A DNA stretch of 64,000 nucleotides from Octopus sinensis (GCF_006345805.1 NC_043008.1:77810001-77874000); one strand, 5' to 3'; counted from the stretch's first letter, positions 21,716 through 34,917 are shown. A program made the numbers and translations. Notes: a model not told the origin generated them from the sequence alone.

Positions 21716-22133
21716 ATCTTTTCACTTTGACCGGCAGATTTTTAAAATAATTTCTTTGTAACTAAACACTTTTAAACTTCGTATACTGGTAGAATGTGTC
21801 ACATAAAACATCTTATTCTCTTGGCGTTCTTGAGAAAACTCTGTAGTTTGTAAGCTATTTCTTGTTTAATTTCTCGTATTTCGGCAATTTCAAGATAGTG
21901 TTGGCAAACAACAGCAGTAATTGTATTCACCTCAATAGACGTCATTGATTGGTTGAAATTGCTGAAATACGAGAAATTAAACAAGAAATAGCTTACAAAC
22001 TACAGAGTTTTCTCAACAACGCCCAAGAGAAAAAGATGTTTTTATGTGACACATTCTACCAGTATACGAAGTTTAAAAGTGTTTAGTTACAAAGAAATTA
22101 TTTTAAAAATCTGCCGGTCAAAGTGAAAATATC
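21716..22133. mobile_element. Foldback/MITE-like palindrome (~175-bp arms, ~60-bp spacer)
   Basis: 21719-21892 is near-perfectly reverse complementary to 21953-22129. Confidence 0.9.
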
Positions 22134-22462
22134 CCAACAGATATAATGAGGGCTTAGTTCGTGCGTTCGAAAACATGTCAGAGGTACTCCGCAGCAAATA
22201 TAATAATAATAATAATAATCAATTCTTTTTTATTGGCCACAAGGGCTGACACGCATGATTACATAAAGGACGAAAGGTTACAAAGGGTTTTGTCCGTTTT
22301 TGAAAAACATCGAGTAAAAACTTTATAACAACGATTATAAAACAATGAAAAACTCCCAAAAGGGGGAGACGTTTCGAAAGGTTCCTGGTGGAAAAAACCC
22401 TACAAAAGCCAACGGGAGCCTGGTCAAAAAAAGGGGTGTAGAGAGTACCCTTTTTTCTCCTT

Positions 22463-25400
22463 TTACATTACCTTTTTGAAATCACAGGCGAAACTGAGAA
22501 CTGGTCCATTTATACTGGCCAGTCTCGCACAATTTACCCACCTTTCATAAAACTTGCTATCGGACAACACTTTCCTCTCTAACCTCATCTTCCTTTTCAA
22601 GTGAAACTTGAAAAAGTTGATGAGGCCTTGACCAAAGAGGAAAGTGTCTGACTTTAGCCCTTTCAAACGAGTCCACCGCACCACCTCTTTCGCCACAGCC
22701 ACTAGGCACAAGAAAACGGCCTCGCCCTCCTTGTTAAAGGAGGTCGGCGGGGCAATCTTCACTATGGATTCGGCTGATAGTCGGATCCGTCCTACACGTG
22801 ACAGTAGCTGTTCGACATAAACCCATATTTCAGCAATACTCGGGCACTGGACGAGTGCGTGCAGAACGGTTTCGTCGTCCTGGCAACACCTCGGGCAGGC
22901 CCGGCTGACGGCACTTCCGTGCCGGTAGAGTTATCTCGAACAGGCAGAGCCCCTCGGTAGCACTGCCAGGCGAGCGACCTCTGGAAATTATCCATCGGCC
23001 CCGGCCCGAAAGTCCTCCCGAACAGACCACTCAGTTCGTCATCTTCAACGCCTAGAGTTTCCCTGAGAACGTCGTCGCATTTTTCCTCCACTAACCCTCT
23101 ATAGAACGCTAGAGTGGAGCTGTAACCGATCGCATTGCCCGCCTGACGGAGGGCGGAGAGGGCTTGACGGCACTCGAGGTGCCAAGCGCCCTTTCTCGGT
23201 CTACGTTTGATCCAGGTCTGCAGCTCCGTCAAAGAGACGAGCTGCGGAAAATCGCGTCTGACAAAAGACGACCACACCTGTTCACCGTCTAGGAAGCGCT
23301 TGAGATGCCGCAGCCTGAGCGCATGTCTGCGCAACAGCAACCACGGCATTCCAAGGCCTCCGTTCAGCGGTCGTTGACAGCAGATGGATCGCCTGACCAG
23401 TGGCACCTGACCCTTCCACAAAAAGTCGAAGAGCAGGCGTACCAGCTTGGCCAACCAGCGGTCGGGACAAGGGACGACGGTCAAGCGGTAATAGATGACG
23501 GACGCGATGTACGCATTCCCCACCTCCGCTCGACCTTCCAGGGACAGCTTTCTCTCGGCCCATTTCTTGGTGAGACGTGCCACCCTGCTCGTCACCTCTT
23601 CCCAGTTCTTATCCACCTGGAGGTCCGGACCGAACCAGACCCCGAGCAGTTTAACGGGTCCGTCTGTCCAGCGCCCTACGACGCTGTTGGACGGCATGGG
23701 CTTGCCTCTCCAGGTGCCCAGTTGCAAGCCCACAGACTTTTCCGCGTTAATCTTTGCCCCTGTCACCGCTTCGTACTGGTTTAGCGTCTCGCCAATCAGG
23801 CCAATGTGCCTGTGGCTCGACACCACCACGGTGACGTCGTCGGCATAAGCAGACACGCTGTTTCCGCCTCCTAGATCGCGCGGGATACCCCGCAAAGCCT
23901 CCAACTTGCGCAGTAATGTCTCGAGAGTCAAAATGTACAAGAGGGAGGAGAGAGGGCATCCTTGGCGGACCGAACGCGAGATGTCGAACGGTTCCGAAAG
24001 GTGACCGTTCACCCGTATCACCGAGCAGATGTTGCTGTATAAAGCAGCTATCCACCCGCGGAAGACTGGACCGAAGCCGGCTGCCTTGAGGACAGCTGCC
24101 AGGTACCGATGGTCGATCCTATCGAAGGCTTTACTCTGATCCAAGTTGATGAAAGCCCCATCCGCGCCAGCGTCGTTACCCACCCTCTCTATGATGTAGC
24201 GCATGAGATGGAGGTTGTCGTGTATCGACCTGGTCGGCACGGCGCATGTCTGCGTCTTGCCGACCAGCTTGTCCACGACAAGCGCCAATCTCTTGGCTAG
24301 CACCTTGGCCAAAATCTTCAACTCTGCATTGAGCAGAGTGATGGGCCGGAAATTCCCTATAACGTCCCCCTTGTTTGGGTCCTTCTTCAGCAAAGCCACC
24401 ACCCCTCGACAGACAAAAGCAGGAATTCTCTCGTTTTGCTGCCAGTTGCAGTAGACGTTTGCCAACAGGCCCGCAAACAAGTCTGGCATTGAAAAGTAAA
24501 GCTCGTAGGGCAGACCATCCAAACCCGGCGATCTACCTCTCGTGCAACTCTTCATCGCTTCTCCCACTTCCCAGGCAGATATCGGTCCTTCGCAGCACTC
24601 TGCCTCGCTGTCCGAGAGTTGCGGTAGGCCGTCCAGGTACACACCGAAGTCTGCACCGTTGTCCGTTCCACCGCTCGTCCCAAACAGTTGAGTAAAGTGC
24701 CGCTGAAGCACCGTACACATCTGCTTCGGTTGGGTAACCTCGCGCCCGTTCTGGTCCACCAAAGACCGAATGGTTGCTCTGTTGCCTCGCTTCGCCTCCG
24801 CCACGCGGGCCCATCGAGCGGCTCTAGTCCCCTCCCCGCTTAGCGAACGTGCCTTAGCTCTGACAACGCAGCCTTCGTGTTTGGCGTCGAAGTGTTGGTC
24901 GAGGGCCAACCTTGCCGCCAACACGTCGGTCGCGATGCCAGTGTCAAGAGCCTCGTCTAGTTTCTTAACTAAATCCCGCTCTCTCTTCCTACGTTCAATA
25001 GCTAGAGTCTTACTATACCTAATCGACTCTACTCTAATTGCTCTCTTGAGGGCAAACCACCAGTTGTTGTTGATGATTGCCCCCGTGAGCGCCCACTTAA
25101 CTAGTAAACTAATCCGGTCTCTGTAAGCTTTGCACGCCGTTAACGACGCGTTCAGCTTCCAGTAGCCGGGTCCCTGTCTATGTAGCCTATCTAAGTCGAC
25201 CGTACAGATCACTAATTTGTGGTCCGTATATTCGACTAGGTGGAATTGTGGACACCCTACGCTGTCCTTATCCGCTGGCCTACAAAACACTCTATCTAAG
25301 TACGATCTAGACGACCCGATGCGATTGGTCCAAGTCCACATTGGCACATTCGGGTTGTCTAGTCGAAACCTGTCGGACAGCTGAAAGCGGCCGAGTAGGT

Positions 25401-25910
25401 TGGCGAGGCTCTTGCACCCTCCCCCTCTCCTATCAGACGCTCCCCTGCCCACCCGATCGAAACGTTCGTCTAAGACAGCGTTCCAATCCCCAACTAGCAC
25501 TAGAGTGCGTGACGTTCCCAGAAAACTTCCAGACGTTTGAAATAATCCGACTGCCCTGCTCCTGTCGGAGCGTAGGCAGCCAGCAGTCTGAAAGCACCGC
25601 CGTCACTACCGTCCACGTCGAGGACCACCAACTTACCTTCCGGATCCAAGAAGACTGTCCTTATTTTCAAGTCCAGGCCCTTCCGAAACAACACCGCAGT
25701 ACCACCACCGCCCGCTCCCGGCCGACACGGAGATAGAAATATCTCGTATCCCCCGAAAAGGGCTGCGAGTTCCTGCGTGTCGGAGAGCCTGGTTTCACTG
25801 ATGGCTGCTACATCCACATCATGAAACCTCAGGTCGTTTAACAGGTGACCCTGTTTCCAAGGTGACCCGAGGCCTCTCACATTCAAGCAACCGATTCTAA
25901 GATTTGCCAT
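22463..25910 (-). CDS. ORF2 (APE endonuclease + RT + C-terminal zinc knuckle), split by single-base frameshifts near 25520 and 22930
   Basis: MANLRIGCLNVRGL, AAISET, VGDWNA, YLDRVF, TDHK; SPGLDG, FRPITLLN, DQSKAFD, RQGCPLS, YADDVT; CPRCCQDDETVLHALVQC. Confidence 0.93.
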
Positions 25911-25947
25911 GTTTCAAAAGTTAGGAAAAAAAAAGAGAAAAAAGGCT

Positions 25948-27797
25948 CTACTTACTGTTGTTGGTGGTGGGGGTGGCTCCCTTGTGCTTTTGCACGGGTG
26001 CTTCCACTATATTTTTGTAAAGTTTCTTAGAGAAACTTTTCCCTAACGATCCCACATCATTAGGGAATATTTGTTTAACTTCGTTGTATGTTGTTTTGTT
26101 TATTTTAATTGTGAGAATGTGTGCTGGTGGTGTGTTTTGTGTTGGTATAACGAAATCCGTTATATTTGTACTTGTTTTTTCTTTCAAGTACTCAACCAGT
26201 TCCTGGTTTCTTGTATTTATTGCTGTAATTGTGTCTGTGTGGGTTTGTGTCTGTGGCAGTGGCAATGGCAGTAGTGGTGTCGAAAGTGTTGTTGTTGTTT
26301 GTTGTTGTGAGTGTGTGTTGTTGTTGTTGTTGTTGTTGATGTTGGGAAGCACTATTTGTTCGTGCTTCCCCTGTATGTCTTTTTGTTTTCTCCTCCTTTT
26401 CTTTTTTGGAGGCACTGTGCTCCATTCTCCTTTGTTGGAATCAGAGCTCGCACAATCCGAGTACTCTTCATCCGGCAAAGGAAGGATGAGGGGTCTGCTT
26501 CAGCAGCAGGACGAAAAGTTGTTGGTTCCGCCGGTATCGGTGGTGCCGCTGCTCCTGTTGCTGTTGATGGTGCCCGCGTTGGTGAGCTCTCACCTTCTCT
26601 TCTTGCTGCTGTCGACCTTCTAGGTACTGGTGTTGGTGTTGGTTTGGTGTGATTGTTGTTGTTGGAGGTGGTGTTGTTCGTCTTGGTGTTGGTGATGGTG
26701 TTGGTGGTGTGGCAGCCTTTGGTTTTCGTGCTGTTTCTGTTGTTTCTGTTTTTGTTGTTGTTTGTTGTTGTTGCTGCTCTTGCTGTTTCCTCCATCTCTT
26801 TTCTTTTTTTTTGAATGGGCAGTCCCTCTTCAGGTGGCTTTCGCTACTGCAGAGGAAACATTTTGGCTTTCGCCCCTCTACAGTAACGTTTAGCCTGGTC
26901 CCATTTAGTAAGATGACAAAGTCAGGTATGGCATTGATGTTTTCCTGCTGTATCTGTACCAGCAGTTCAATACCCATACCTGACCAGTTCTTTTCTCTTA
27001 CCCTCCGAACATTTAGAATAGTGGCAGTGTCCTCTATACCATAGAGGATAGCCGCCACTAGCCATGAGATATTCAGTTCAGGGGGTATTGTATTTATTGT
27101 TATTTTTTGGACCTTACGCCCGAGGTACATCGGAACGAGGAACAAATGTTCATTTTGCAAGGGCGAAATGGCATGCGCCCTTGCTTGCTCCTCTTGGTGG
27201 AAGCGAACCTCCACGGTTCCAAATCGCTTCCTTCTTGTCACATAGCTCTTTGGCCCCAAATGGGCTTCAGAGCCATTTCTAACTGTTGGGGTGTGCGTTA
27301 AGCAATCTTTTAGTTTTCTTTTCGAAAACTTTATAGAAAATTGTTTTTTTGTTGGTCTCTTGTATGAGTTGTTGAGGTGTGTTGAGGAAAACACTGTTTC
27401 CCTCTTTTCTCAACAAATCTTTTGCCATTTTAATATCTTCCATCGTAATTTGTATCCCTTCCGAAATTTGCTTCGCAGCTGAAGCAAAACCCTTGGAATT
27501 TTCTTCAATTTTTTTTTCTTTGTTTATTTCTCTCTTATTCATATCATTCCCTTCCTCCCCCTTCGGTACTATAACATTAGTTGAAGGTAGAGGGGGGAAA
27601 TCTAAAATGACGTCGCAAGAGACAACGTCTTTTTTGTTTTTATTTGGAACGCTTGCTTTTCAGACACATTTTCATTGTAATGTTTACTTCGCGCTTTTAC
27701 GGCTTGAAATTCGTTCGTAACCTCTGACGAAATTTTTTCTTCTTGTGGAGGGTGGTGTTGCAAGGAGGGAAGAGCCAGCAGCTCTTTTTAAAGCCAT
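25948..27797 (-). CDS. ORF1 (gag-like, zinc knuckle, Pro/Thr/Gln-rich tail), frameshifted
   Basis: GRKPKCFLCSSESHLKRDC and EWSTVPPKKKRRRK; pieces spread over several frames. Confidence 0.8.
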
Positions 27798-28318
27798 TTT
27801 GGAAATGTGTGTGTGCAAAATAATGTGAATGTCAATAATATAAACAGTAATTTTACCCCGAAAGGGGTAAAATTTTGCCTAGCCAACTGGCTCCGCAAGA
27901 AGTTAGTCGGCTTGGCCACAAAAATATTCAAAAATATTAACGCTTATCAACAAATTTCCAATGAAATTGTCACAAAACTCACGGAGCTTCCGTAGACACG
28001 TCCATCCGCGTTGGAAGAAATAATAATAATAATCAATTCTTTTTTATTGGCCACAAGGGCTGACACGCATGATTACATAAAGGGACAAGACAGGACGAAA
28101 GGTTACAAAGGGTTTTGCCGTTTTTTTTTTAAAAACATCGAGTAAAAATCTTTATAACAACTTATAAAATTCAACAATGAAAAACTCCCAAAAGGGGGAG
28201 ACGTCTCGAAAGGTTCCTGGTGGAAAAAACCCTACAAAAGCCAACGGGAGCCTGGTCAAAAAAAGGGGGTGTAGAGAGTCCCCTTTCTTCTCCTTTTACA
28301 TTACCTTTTTCTTTGAAA

Positions 28319-31300
28319 TCACAGGCGAAACCTGAGAACTGGTCCATTTATACAGGCCAGTCTCGCACAATTCACCCACCTTTCATAAAACTTGCTATCG
28401 GACAGCACTTTCCTCTCTAACCTCATCTTCCTTTTCAAGTGAAACTTGAAAAAGTTGATGAGGCCTTGACCAAAGAGGAAAGTGTCTGACTTTAGCCCTT
28501 TCAAACGAGTCCACCACACAACTTCTTTCGCCACAGCCACAAGGCACAAGAAAACGGCCTCGCCCTCCTTGTTAAAGGAGGTCGGCGGGGCAATCTTCAC
28601 TATGGATTCGGCCGATAGTCGGATCCGTCCTATACGTGACAGTAGCTGTTCGACATAAACCCATATTTCAGCAATACTCGGGCACTGAACGAGTGCGTGC
28701 AGAACGGTTTCGTCGTCCTGGCAACACCTCGGGCAGGCCGGCTGACGGCACTTCCGTGCCGGTAGAGTTTATCTCGAACAGGCAGAGCCCCTCGGTAGCA
28801 CTGCCAGGCGAGAGACCTCTGGAAATTATCCATCGGCCCCGGCCCGAAAGTCCTCCCGAACAGACCGCTCAGTTCGTCGTCTTCAACGCCTAGAGTTTCC
28901 CCGAGAACGTCGTCGCATTTTTCCTCCACTAACCCTCTATAGAACGCTAGAGTGGAGCTGTAACCGACCGCATTGCCCGCCTGGTGGAGGGCGGAGAGGG
29001 CTTGACGGCACTCGAGGTGCCAAGCGCCCTTTCTCGGTCTACGTTTGATCCAGGTCTGCAGCTCCGTCAAAGAGACGAGCTGCGGAAAATCGCGTCTGAC
29101 AAAAGACGACCACACCTGTTCACCGTCTAGGAAGCGTTTGAGATGCCGCAGCCTGAGCGCATGTCTGCGCAACAGCAACCACGGCATTCCAAGGCCTCCG
29201 TTCAGCGGTCGTTGACAGCAGATGGATCGCCTGACCAGTGGCACCTGACCCTTCCACAAAAAGTCGAAGAGCAGGCGTACCAGCTTGGCCAACCAGCGGT
29301 CGGGACAAGGGACGACGGTCAAGCGGTAATAGATGACGGATGCGATGTACGCATTCGCCACCTCCTCTCGACCTTTCAGGGACAGCTTCCTCTCGGCCCA
29401 TTTCTGGGTGAGACGTGCCACCCTGCTCGTCACCTCTTCCCAGTTTTTATCCACCTGGAGGTCCGGACCGAACCAGACCCCGAGCAGTTTAACGGGTCCG
29501 TCTGTCCAGCGCCCTACGACGCTGTTGGACGGCATGGGCTTGCCTCTCCAGGTGCCCAGTTGCAAGCCCACAGACTTTTCCGCGTTAATCTTTGCCCCTG
29601 TCACCGCTTCGTACTGGTTTAGCGTCTCGCCAATCAGGCCAATGTGCCTGTGGCTCGACACCACCACGGTGACGTCGTCGGCATAAGCAGACACGCTGTT
29701 TCCGCCTACTAGATCGCGCGGGATGGCCCTCAAAGTCTCCCTCAAAGCCTCCAACTTGCACAGTAATGGCTCGAGAGTCAAAATGTACAAGAGGGAGGAG
29801 AGAGGGCATCCTTGGCGGACCGAACGCGAGATGTCGAACGGTTCCGAAAGGTGACCGTTCACCCGTATCACCGAGCAGATGTTGCTGTATAAAGCAGCGA
29901 TCCACCCGCGGATGACTGGACCGAAGCCGGCTGCCTTGAGGACAGCTGCCAGGTACCGATGGTCGACCCTATCGAAGGCTTTACTCTGATCCAAGTTGAT
30001 CAAAGCCCCACCCGCGCCAGCGTCGTTACCCACCCTCTCTATGATGTAGCGCATGAGATGGAGGTTGTCGTGTATCGACCTGGTCGGCACGGCGCATGTC
30101 TGCGTCCGCCGACCAGCTTGTCCACGACAAGCACCAATCTCTTGGCTAGCACCTTGGCCAAAATCTTCAACTCTGCATTGAGCAGAGTGATGGGCCGGAA
30201 ATTCCCTATAACGTCCCCCTTGTTTGGGTCCTTCTTTAGCAAGCCACCACCCCTCGACAGACAAAGCAGGAATTCTCCCGTTTTGCTGCCAGTTGCAGTA
30301 GACGTTTGCCAACAGGTCCGCAACAAGTCTGGCATTGAAAAGTAAAGCTCGTAGGGCAGACCATCCAAACCCGGCGATCTACCTCTCGTGCAACTCTTCA
30401 TCGCTTCCTGTACTTCCCAGGCAGATATCGGTCCTTCGCAGCACTCTGCCTCGCTGTCCGAGAGTTGCGGCAGTCCGTCCAGGTACACACCGAAGTCTGT
30501 ACCGTTGGTGTCCGTTCCACCGCTCGTCCCAAACAGTTGAGCAAAGTGCCGCTGAAGCACCGTACACATCTGCTTCGGTTGGGTAACCTCGCGCCCGTTC
30601 TGGTCCACCAAAGACCGAATGGTTGCTCTGTTGCCTCGCTTCGCCTCCGCCACGGGCCCATCGAGCGGCTCTAGTCCCCTCCCCGCTTAGCGAACGTGCC
30701 TTAGCTCTGACAACGCAGCCTTCGTGTTTGGCGTCGAAGTGTTGGTCGAGGGCCAACCTTGCCGCCAACACGGTCGGTCGCGATGCCAGTGTCAAGAGCC
30801 TCGTCTAGTTTTTAACTAAATCCCGCTCTCTCTTCCTACGTTCAATAGCTAGAGTCTTACTATACCTAATCGACTCTACTCTAATTGCTCTCTTGAGGGC
30901 AAACCACCAGTTGTTGTTGATGATTGCCCCCGTGAGCGCCCGCTAACTAGTAAACTAATCCGGTCTCTGTAAGCTTTGCACGCCGTTAACGACGCGTTCA
31001 GCTTCCAGTAGCCGGGTCCCTGTCTATGTAGCCTATCTAAGTCGACCGTACAGATCACTAATTTGTGGTCCGTATATTCGACTAGGTGGAATTGTGGACA
31101 CCCTACGCTGTCCTTATCAGCTGGCCTACAAAACACTCTATCTAAGTACGATCTAGACGACCCGATGCGGTTTGTCCAAGTCCACATTGGCACATTCGGG
31201 TTGTCTAGTCGAAACCTGTCGGACAGCTGAAAGCGGCCGAGTAGGTTGGCGAGGCTCTTGCACCCTCCCCCTCTCCTATCAGACGCTCCCCTGCCCACCC

Positions 31301-31757
31301 GATCGAAACGTTCGTCTAAGACAGCGTTCCAATCCCCAACTAGTACTAGAGTGCGTGACGTTCCCAGGAAAACTTCCAGACGTTTGAAATAATCCGACTG
31401 CCCTGCTCCTGTCGGAGCGTAGGCAGCCAGCAGTCTGAAAGCACCGCCGTCACTACCGTCCACGTCGAGGACCACCAACTTACCTTCCGGATCCAAGAAG
31501 ACTGTCCTTATTTTCAGGTCCAGGCCCTTCCGAAACAACACCGCAGTACCCCACACCGCCCGCTCCCGGCCGACACGGAGATAGAAATATCTCGTATCCG
31601 CCGAAAAGGGCTGCGAGTTCCTGCGGGTCGGAGAGCCTGGTTTCACTGATGGCTGCTACATCCACATCATGAAACCTCAGGTCGTTTAACAGTGACCCTG
31701 TTTCCAAGGTGACCCGAGGCCTCTCACATTCAAGCAACCGATTCTAAGATTTGCCAT
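28319..31757 (-). CDS. ORF2 of copy 2 (APE-RT), multiple single-base frameshifts
   Basis: Near-identical to copy 1 ORF2; frames 28630-30312, 30039-30653 and 30876-31646 tile the protein. Confidence 0.9.
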
Positions 31758-31797
31758 GTTTCAAAAGTTACGGGAAAAAAAAAGGAGAAAAAAGGCT

Positions 31798-32619
31798 CTA
31801 CTTACTGTTGTTGGTGGTGGGGGTGGCTCCCTTGTGCTTTTGCACGGGTGCTTCAATAATATTTTGTAAAGTTTCTGAGAGAAACTTTTCCCTAACGATC
31901 CCACATCGTTAGGGAATATTTGTTTTATTTCGTTGTAAACTGTTTTGTTTATTTTAATTGTGAGAATGTGTGCTGGTGGTGTGTTGTGTGTAGGTATTAT
32001 GAAATCTGTAATGTTTGTGCTTGTTTTGTTTTTCAAATACTCAACCAGTTCCTGGTTTCTTGTATTCACTGCTGTAATCGTGTCTGTAATTGTGTCTGTG
32101 TTGTTTGTGTGTCTGTGGTAGTGGCAGTAGTGGTGTCGAAAGTGTTGTTGTTGTTGTTGTTGTTGTTGTGGAGTGTGTGTTGTTGTTGTTGTTGTTGATG
32201 TTGGGAAGTACTGTTTGTCGTGCTTCCCCTGTAAATCTTTTTGTTTTTTCCTCCTTTTCTTTTTTGGAGGTACTATGTTCCATTCTCCTTTGTTGGAATC
32301 AGAGCTCGCACAATCCGAGATCTCTTCATCCGGCAAAGGAATGGTTGAGGAGTCTGCTTCAGTAGCAGGACGAAAAGTTTTTGGTTCCGCCGGTATCGGT
32401 GGTGCCGCTGCTCCTGTTACTGTTGATGTCGCTGCTGTCGACCTTCGAGGTACTGGTGTCGGTGTTGGTTTGCTGGTGGTTGTCGGTGTTGGTTTGGTGG
32501 TGGTTGTTGTTGTTGGAGGTGGTGTTGTTCGTCTTGGTGCTGGTGTTGGTGTTGGTGTTGGTGGTGTGGCAGCCTTTGGTGTTTCTTGCTGTTTTTGTTG
32601 TTTCTGTTGTTGTTGCTTG

Positions 32620-32653
<34 letters not shown>

Positions 32654-33672
32654 GCTGCTGCCTCTTGCTGAACGCCTCCATCCTCTTTTTGTGAATGGGA
32701 CAGTCCCTCTTTAAGTGGCTTTCGCTGCTGCAGAGAAAACATTTTGGCTTTCGCCCCTCCACAGCAACGTTTAGCCTGGTGCCGTCCGGCAAACTTACGA
32801 AATCAGGGATTTTACTTATATTCTCTTGCTGAATTTGCGCAAGAAGCAGCACTCCCATCCCCAACCAGTTTTTCGCCCTCACTCTCCTGACATCTAGAAT
32901 GGTGGTAGTGTCCTCTATATCATAGAGGACAGCTGCCACCAGCCATGACATATTTAGCTCAGGGGGGACGAGGTCGATTTTTATTTTTGTTACTCTTCGC
33001 CCGAGGTGGGTCGGAATTAGTAACAAATTCTCAGTTTGCAAGGGCGAAATGGCGTTCGCCCTTGCAAGCTCCTCTGTTGGGAAGCGAACCTCCACGGTTC
33101 CAAAACGCTTCCCCTTGGTTACGTAGCTCTTTTGGGCCCAAATGGGCTTTAGAGCTATCTCCAACTGTTGGTGTGGCATTTGTTATTCTTTTTAGTTTTC
33201 TGTCGAAAACTTTGTAAATTATTGTTTGCTTGTTGGTGCTTTCAATCACCTCTTGTGGAGTATTGAGGAAGATACCATTGTCATCCTTCCTTAACAATTC
33301 CTTCGCTCTTTTCACATCTTCTAGAGTTATCTTAACTTCCTCCGAAATTTGCTTCGCAGCAGAAGCAAAATTGTTGGAAGTTTTTTCTTTTATCTCCGTG
33401 TCAATGTTGTGATGATTTTTGTATTTGTTTTTTTTTTCCTCCTCCTTCCGTACCAAAGCATTAGGTGAAGGCAGAGGGGGAAATCGAGAATTACGTCGAA
33501 CGCGACGTCCTGGCTTGCATTCTCCTTTTGAACGGAGCTCGTGCTCTGCGGTTCGGAAGGAGAATCTTTGTTGCCTTTTAAGGCGTGAAGTGGGTGTTTT
33601 ACGAGTTGTGTGTGTTTGCGGAGGGAGTGTATCTTGAAGGAAGGAACAGCCAACTGTTCGCTTCATAGCCAT
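31798..33672 (-). CDS. ORF1 of copy 2, frameshifted
   Basis: MAMKRTVG...FASAAKQISEEV...GTVEVRF...GRKPKCFLCSSESHLKRDC; poly-Gln and Pro/Thr tracts. Confidence 0.82.
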
Positions 33673-33904
33673 GTTTTTTTTTGTTGTAATATTCAAAATG
33701 TTGAAAAATGTCAAATGTTCAAAATTTTAAAACGTAATTTCACACCCCGAATGGGCAAAATTTCGCCCACCGACGAGCTCCGCAAGAAGCCGGTCGGTTT
33801 GGCTACAAAAATATTAAAAAATATTCAAACCTAACAATAGATTTCCAATGAAATTGGTGTCAAATTCACGGAGCTGATTCACGTACGTCCATCGGCGTCG
33901 GAAG

Positions 33905-34011
<107 letters not shown>

Positions 34012-34540
34012 CTCTCCATGGCTTCTTATCTTAACTGATTGGAAGTGTTATCATGTACATTGTTTTGTCTTGGTATAAAAGATGGGCTACAGCAAATATT
34101 CTGCTCAATACCACAGATTTGCTTGTCAGTTGTTTGACCTTAACCAGTTGAGCATGTCCTTAGTGGCTGACGATATGTGCATCTCTGATCACGAGCAGAA
34201 GTAGTGGGGGAGCATCATAGCCATGTGTTGAGAGGGATTCTTTGGGGTTTGAATAGTTCACCTCTGGAAACATGGGTGGTTCTTTCAACATCCTTAAACA
34301 ACCCTTATTCAGGGACCGTTTGAGCGGGATGGGCTACTCAACCTGAAGAAAATTCTAACTGGGCCCCACCTGCAAGGTCATGTGCTGTTTATCTTAATAT
34401 GAGATCACCATGTCGCGCACATATGGTTGTGATGCATGTGCCTGGTGTACCTTTATCAGACGGGTAGTCATGATGGGTATATTGGGCTTCGTATATTTTA
34501 CCCCAGTGTCACTTTGATGGCATGAACTGCTCTCTCACTC
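34012..34540 (+). mobile_element. ~550-bp repeat, slightly 5'-truncated
   Basis: Lacks the first ~25 nt and ends CTCTCTCACTC-AAT. Confidence 0.88.
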
Positions 34541-34575
<35 letters not shown>

Positions 34576-34593
34576 TAATAATAATAATAATAA

Positions 34594-34917
34594 AAATAGT
34601 CAAGACGAAGAGCGTGATTCCATGGTAAGATATTTTATTAGTTGAACGATATTTCAACAGTACGTCTGTCTTTGTCAAGTTCAAAATAAGTGATAAAACT
34701 TCAAAATTACAGATATTTAAACGTAAAGTATGAACGAGAGCAAGTAGCGTCCGCACGTTGATGGAATGACATCATCAGTTTTTAAGTTACAATCTTATAA
34801 CATGCCTGTTATTTTTATCACTTCTTATTTTGAATTTGCCAAAGACAGACGTACTGTTCAAATTTCGTTCGAATAAAATATCTTATAATCGAATCACGCT
34901 CTTCGTCTTGACTGTTT
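34594..34917. mobile_element. MITE-like element with ~100-bp imperfect TIRs
   Basis: AGTCAAGACGAAGAGCGTGATTC...AACAGTACGTCTGTCTTTG is mirrored by CAAAGACAGACGTACTGTT...GAATCACGCTCTTCGTCTTGACT. Confidence 0.8.

Larger units (their letters stand above)
22220..28018 (-). mobile_element. Full-length Tx1-like L1-clade non-LTR retrotransposon, copy 1, inserted in (ATT)n
   Basis: 5'UTR, ORF1 with CX2CX4HX4C, ORF2 with APE-RT-CCHC, 3'UTR with AATAAA, and ATT tracts on both sides. Confidence 0.95.

Noticed and set aside
23305-23784. 159-aa antisense ORF present in both Tx1 copies (also 29143-29622)
   Set aside because: It lies opposite a GC-rich coding frame and has no recognisable motif. The two copies are near-identical, so its recurrence is not independent evidence.
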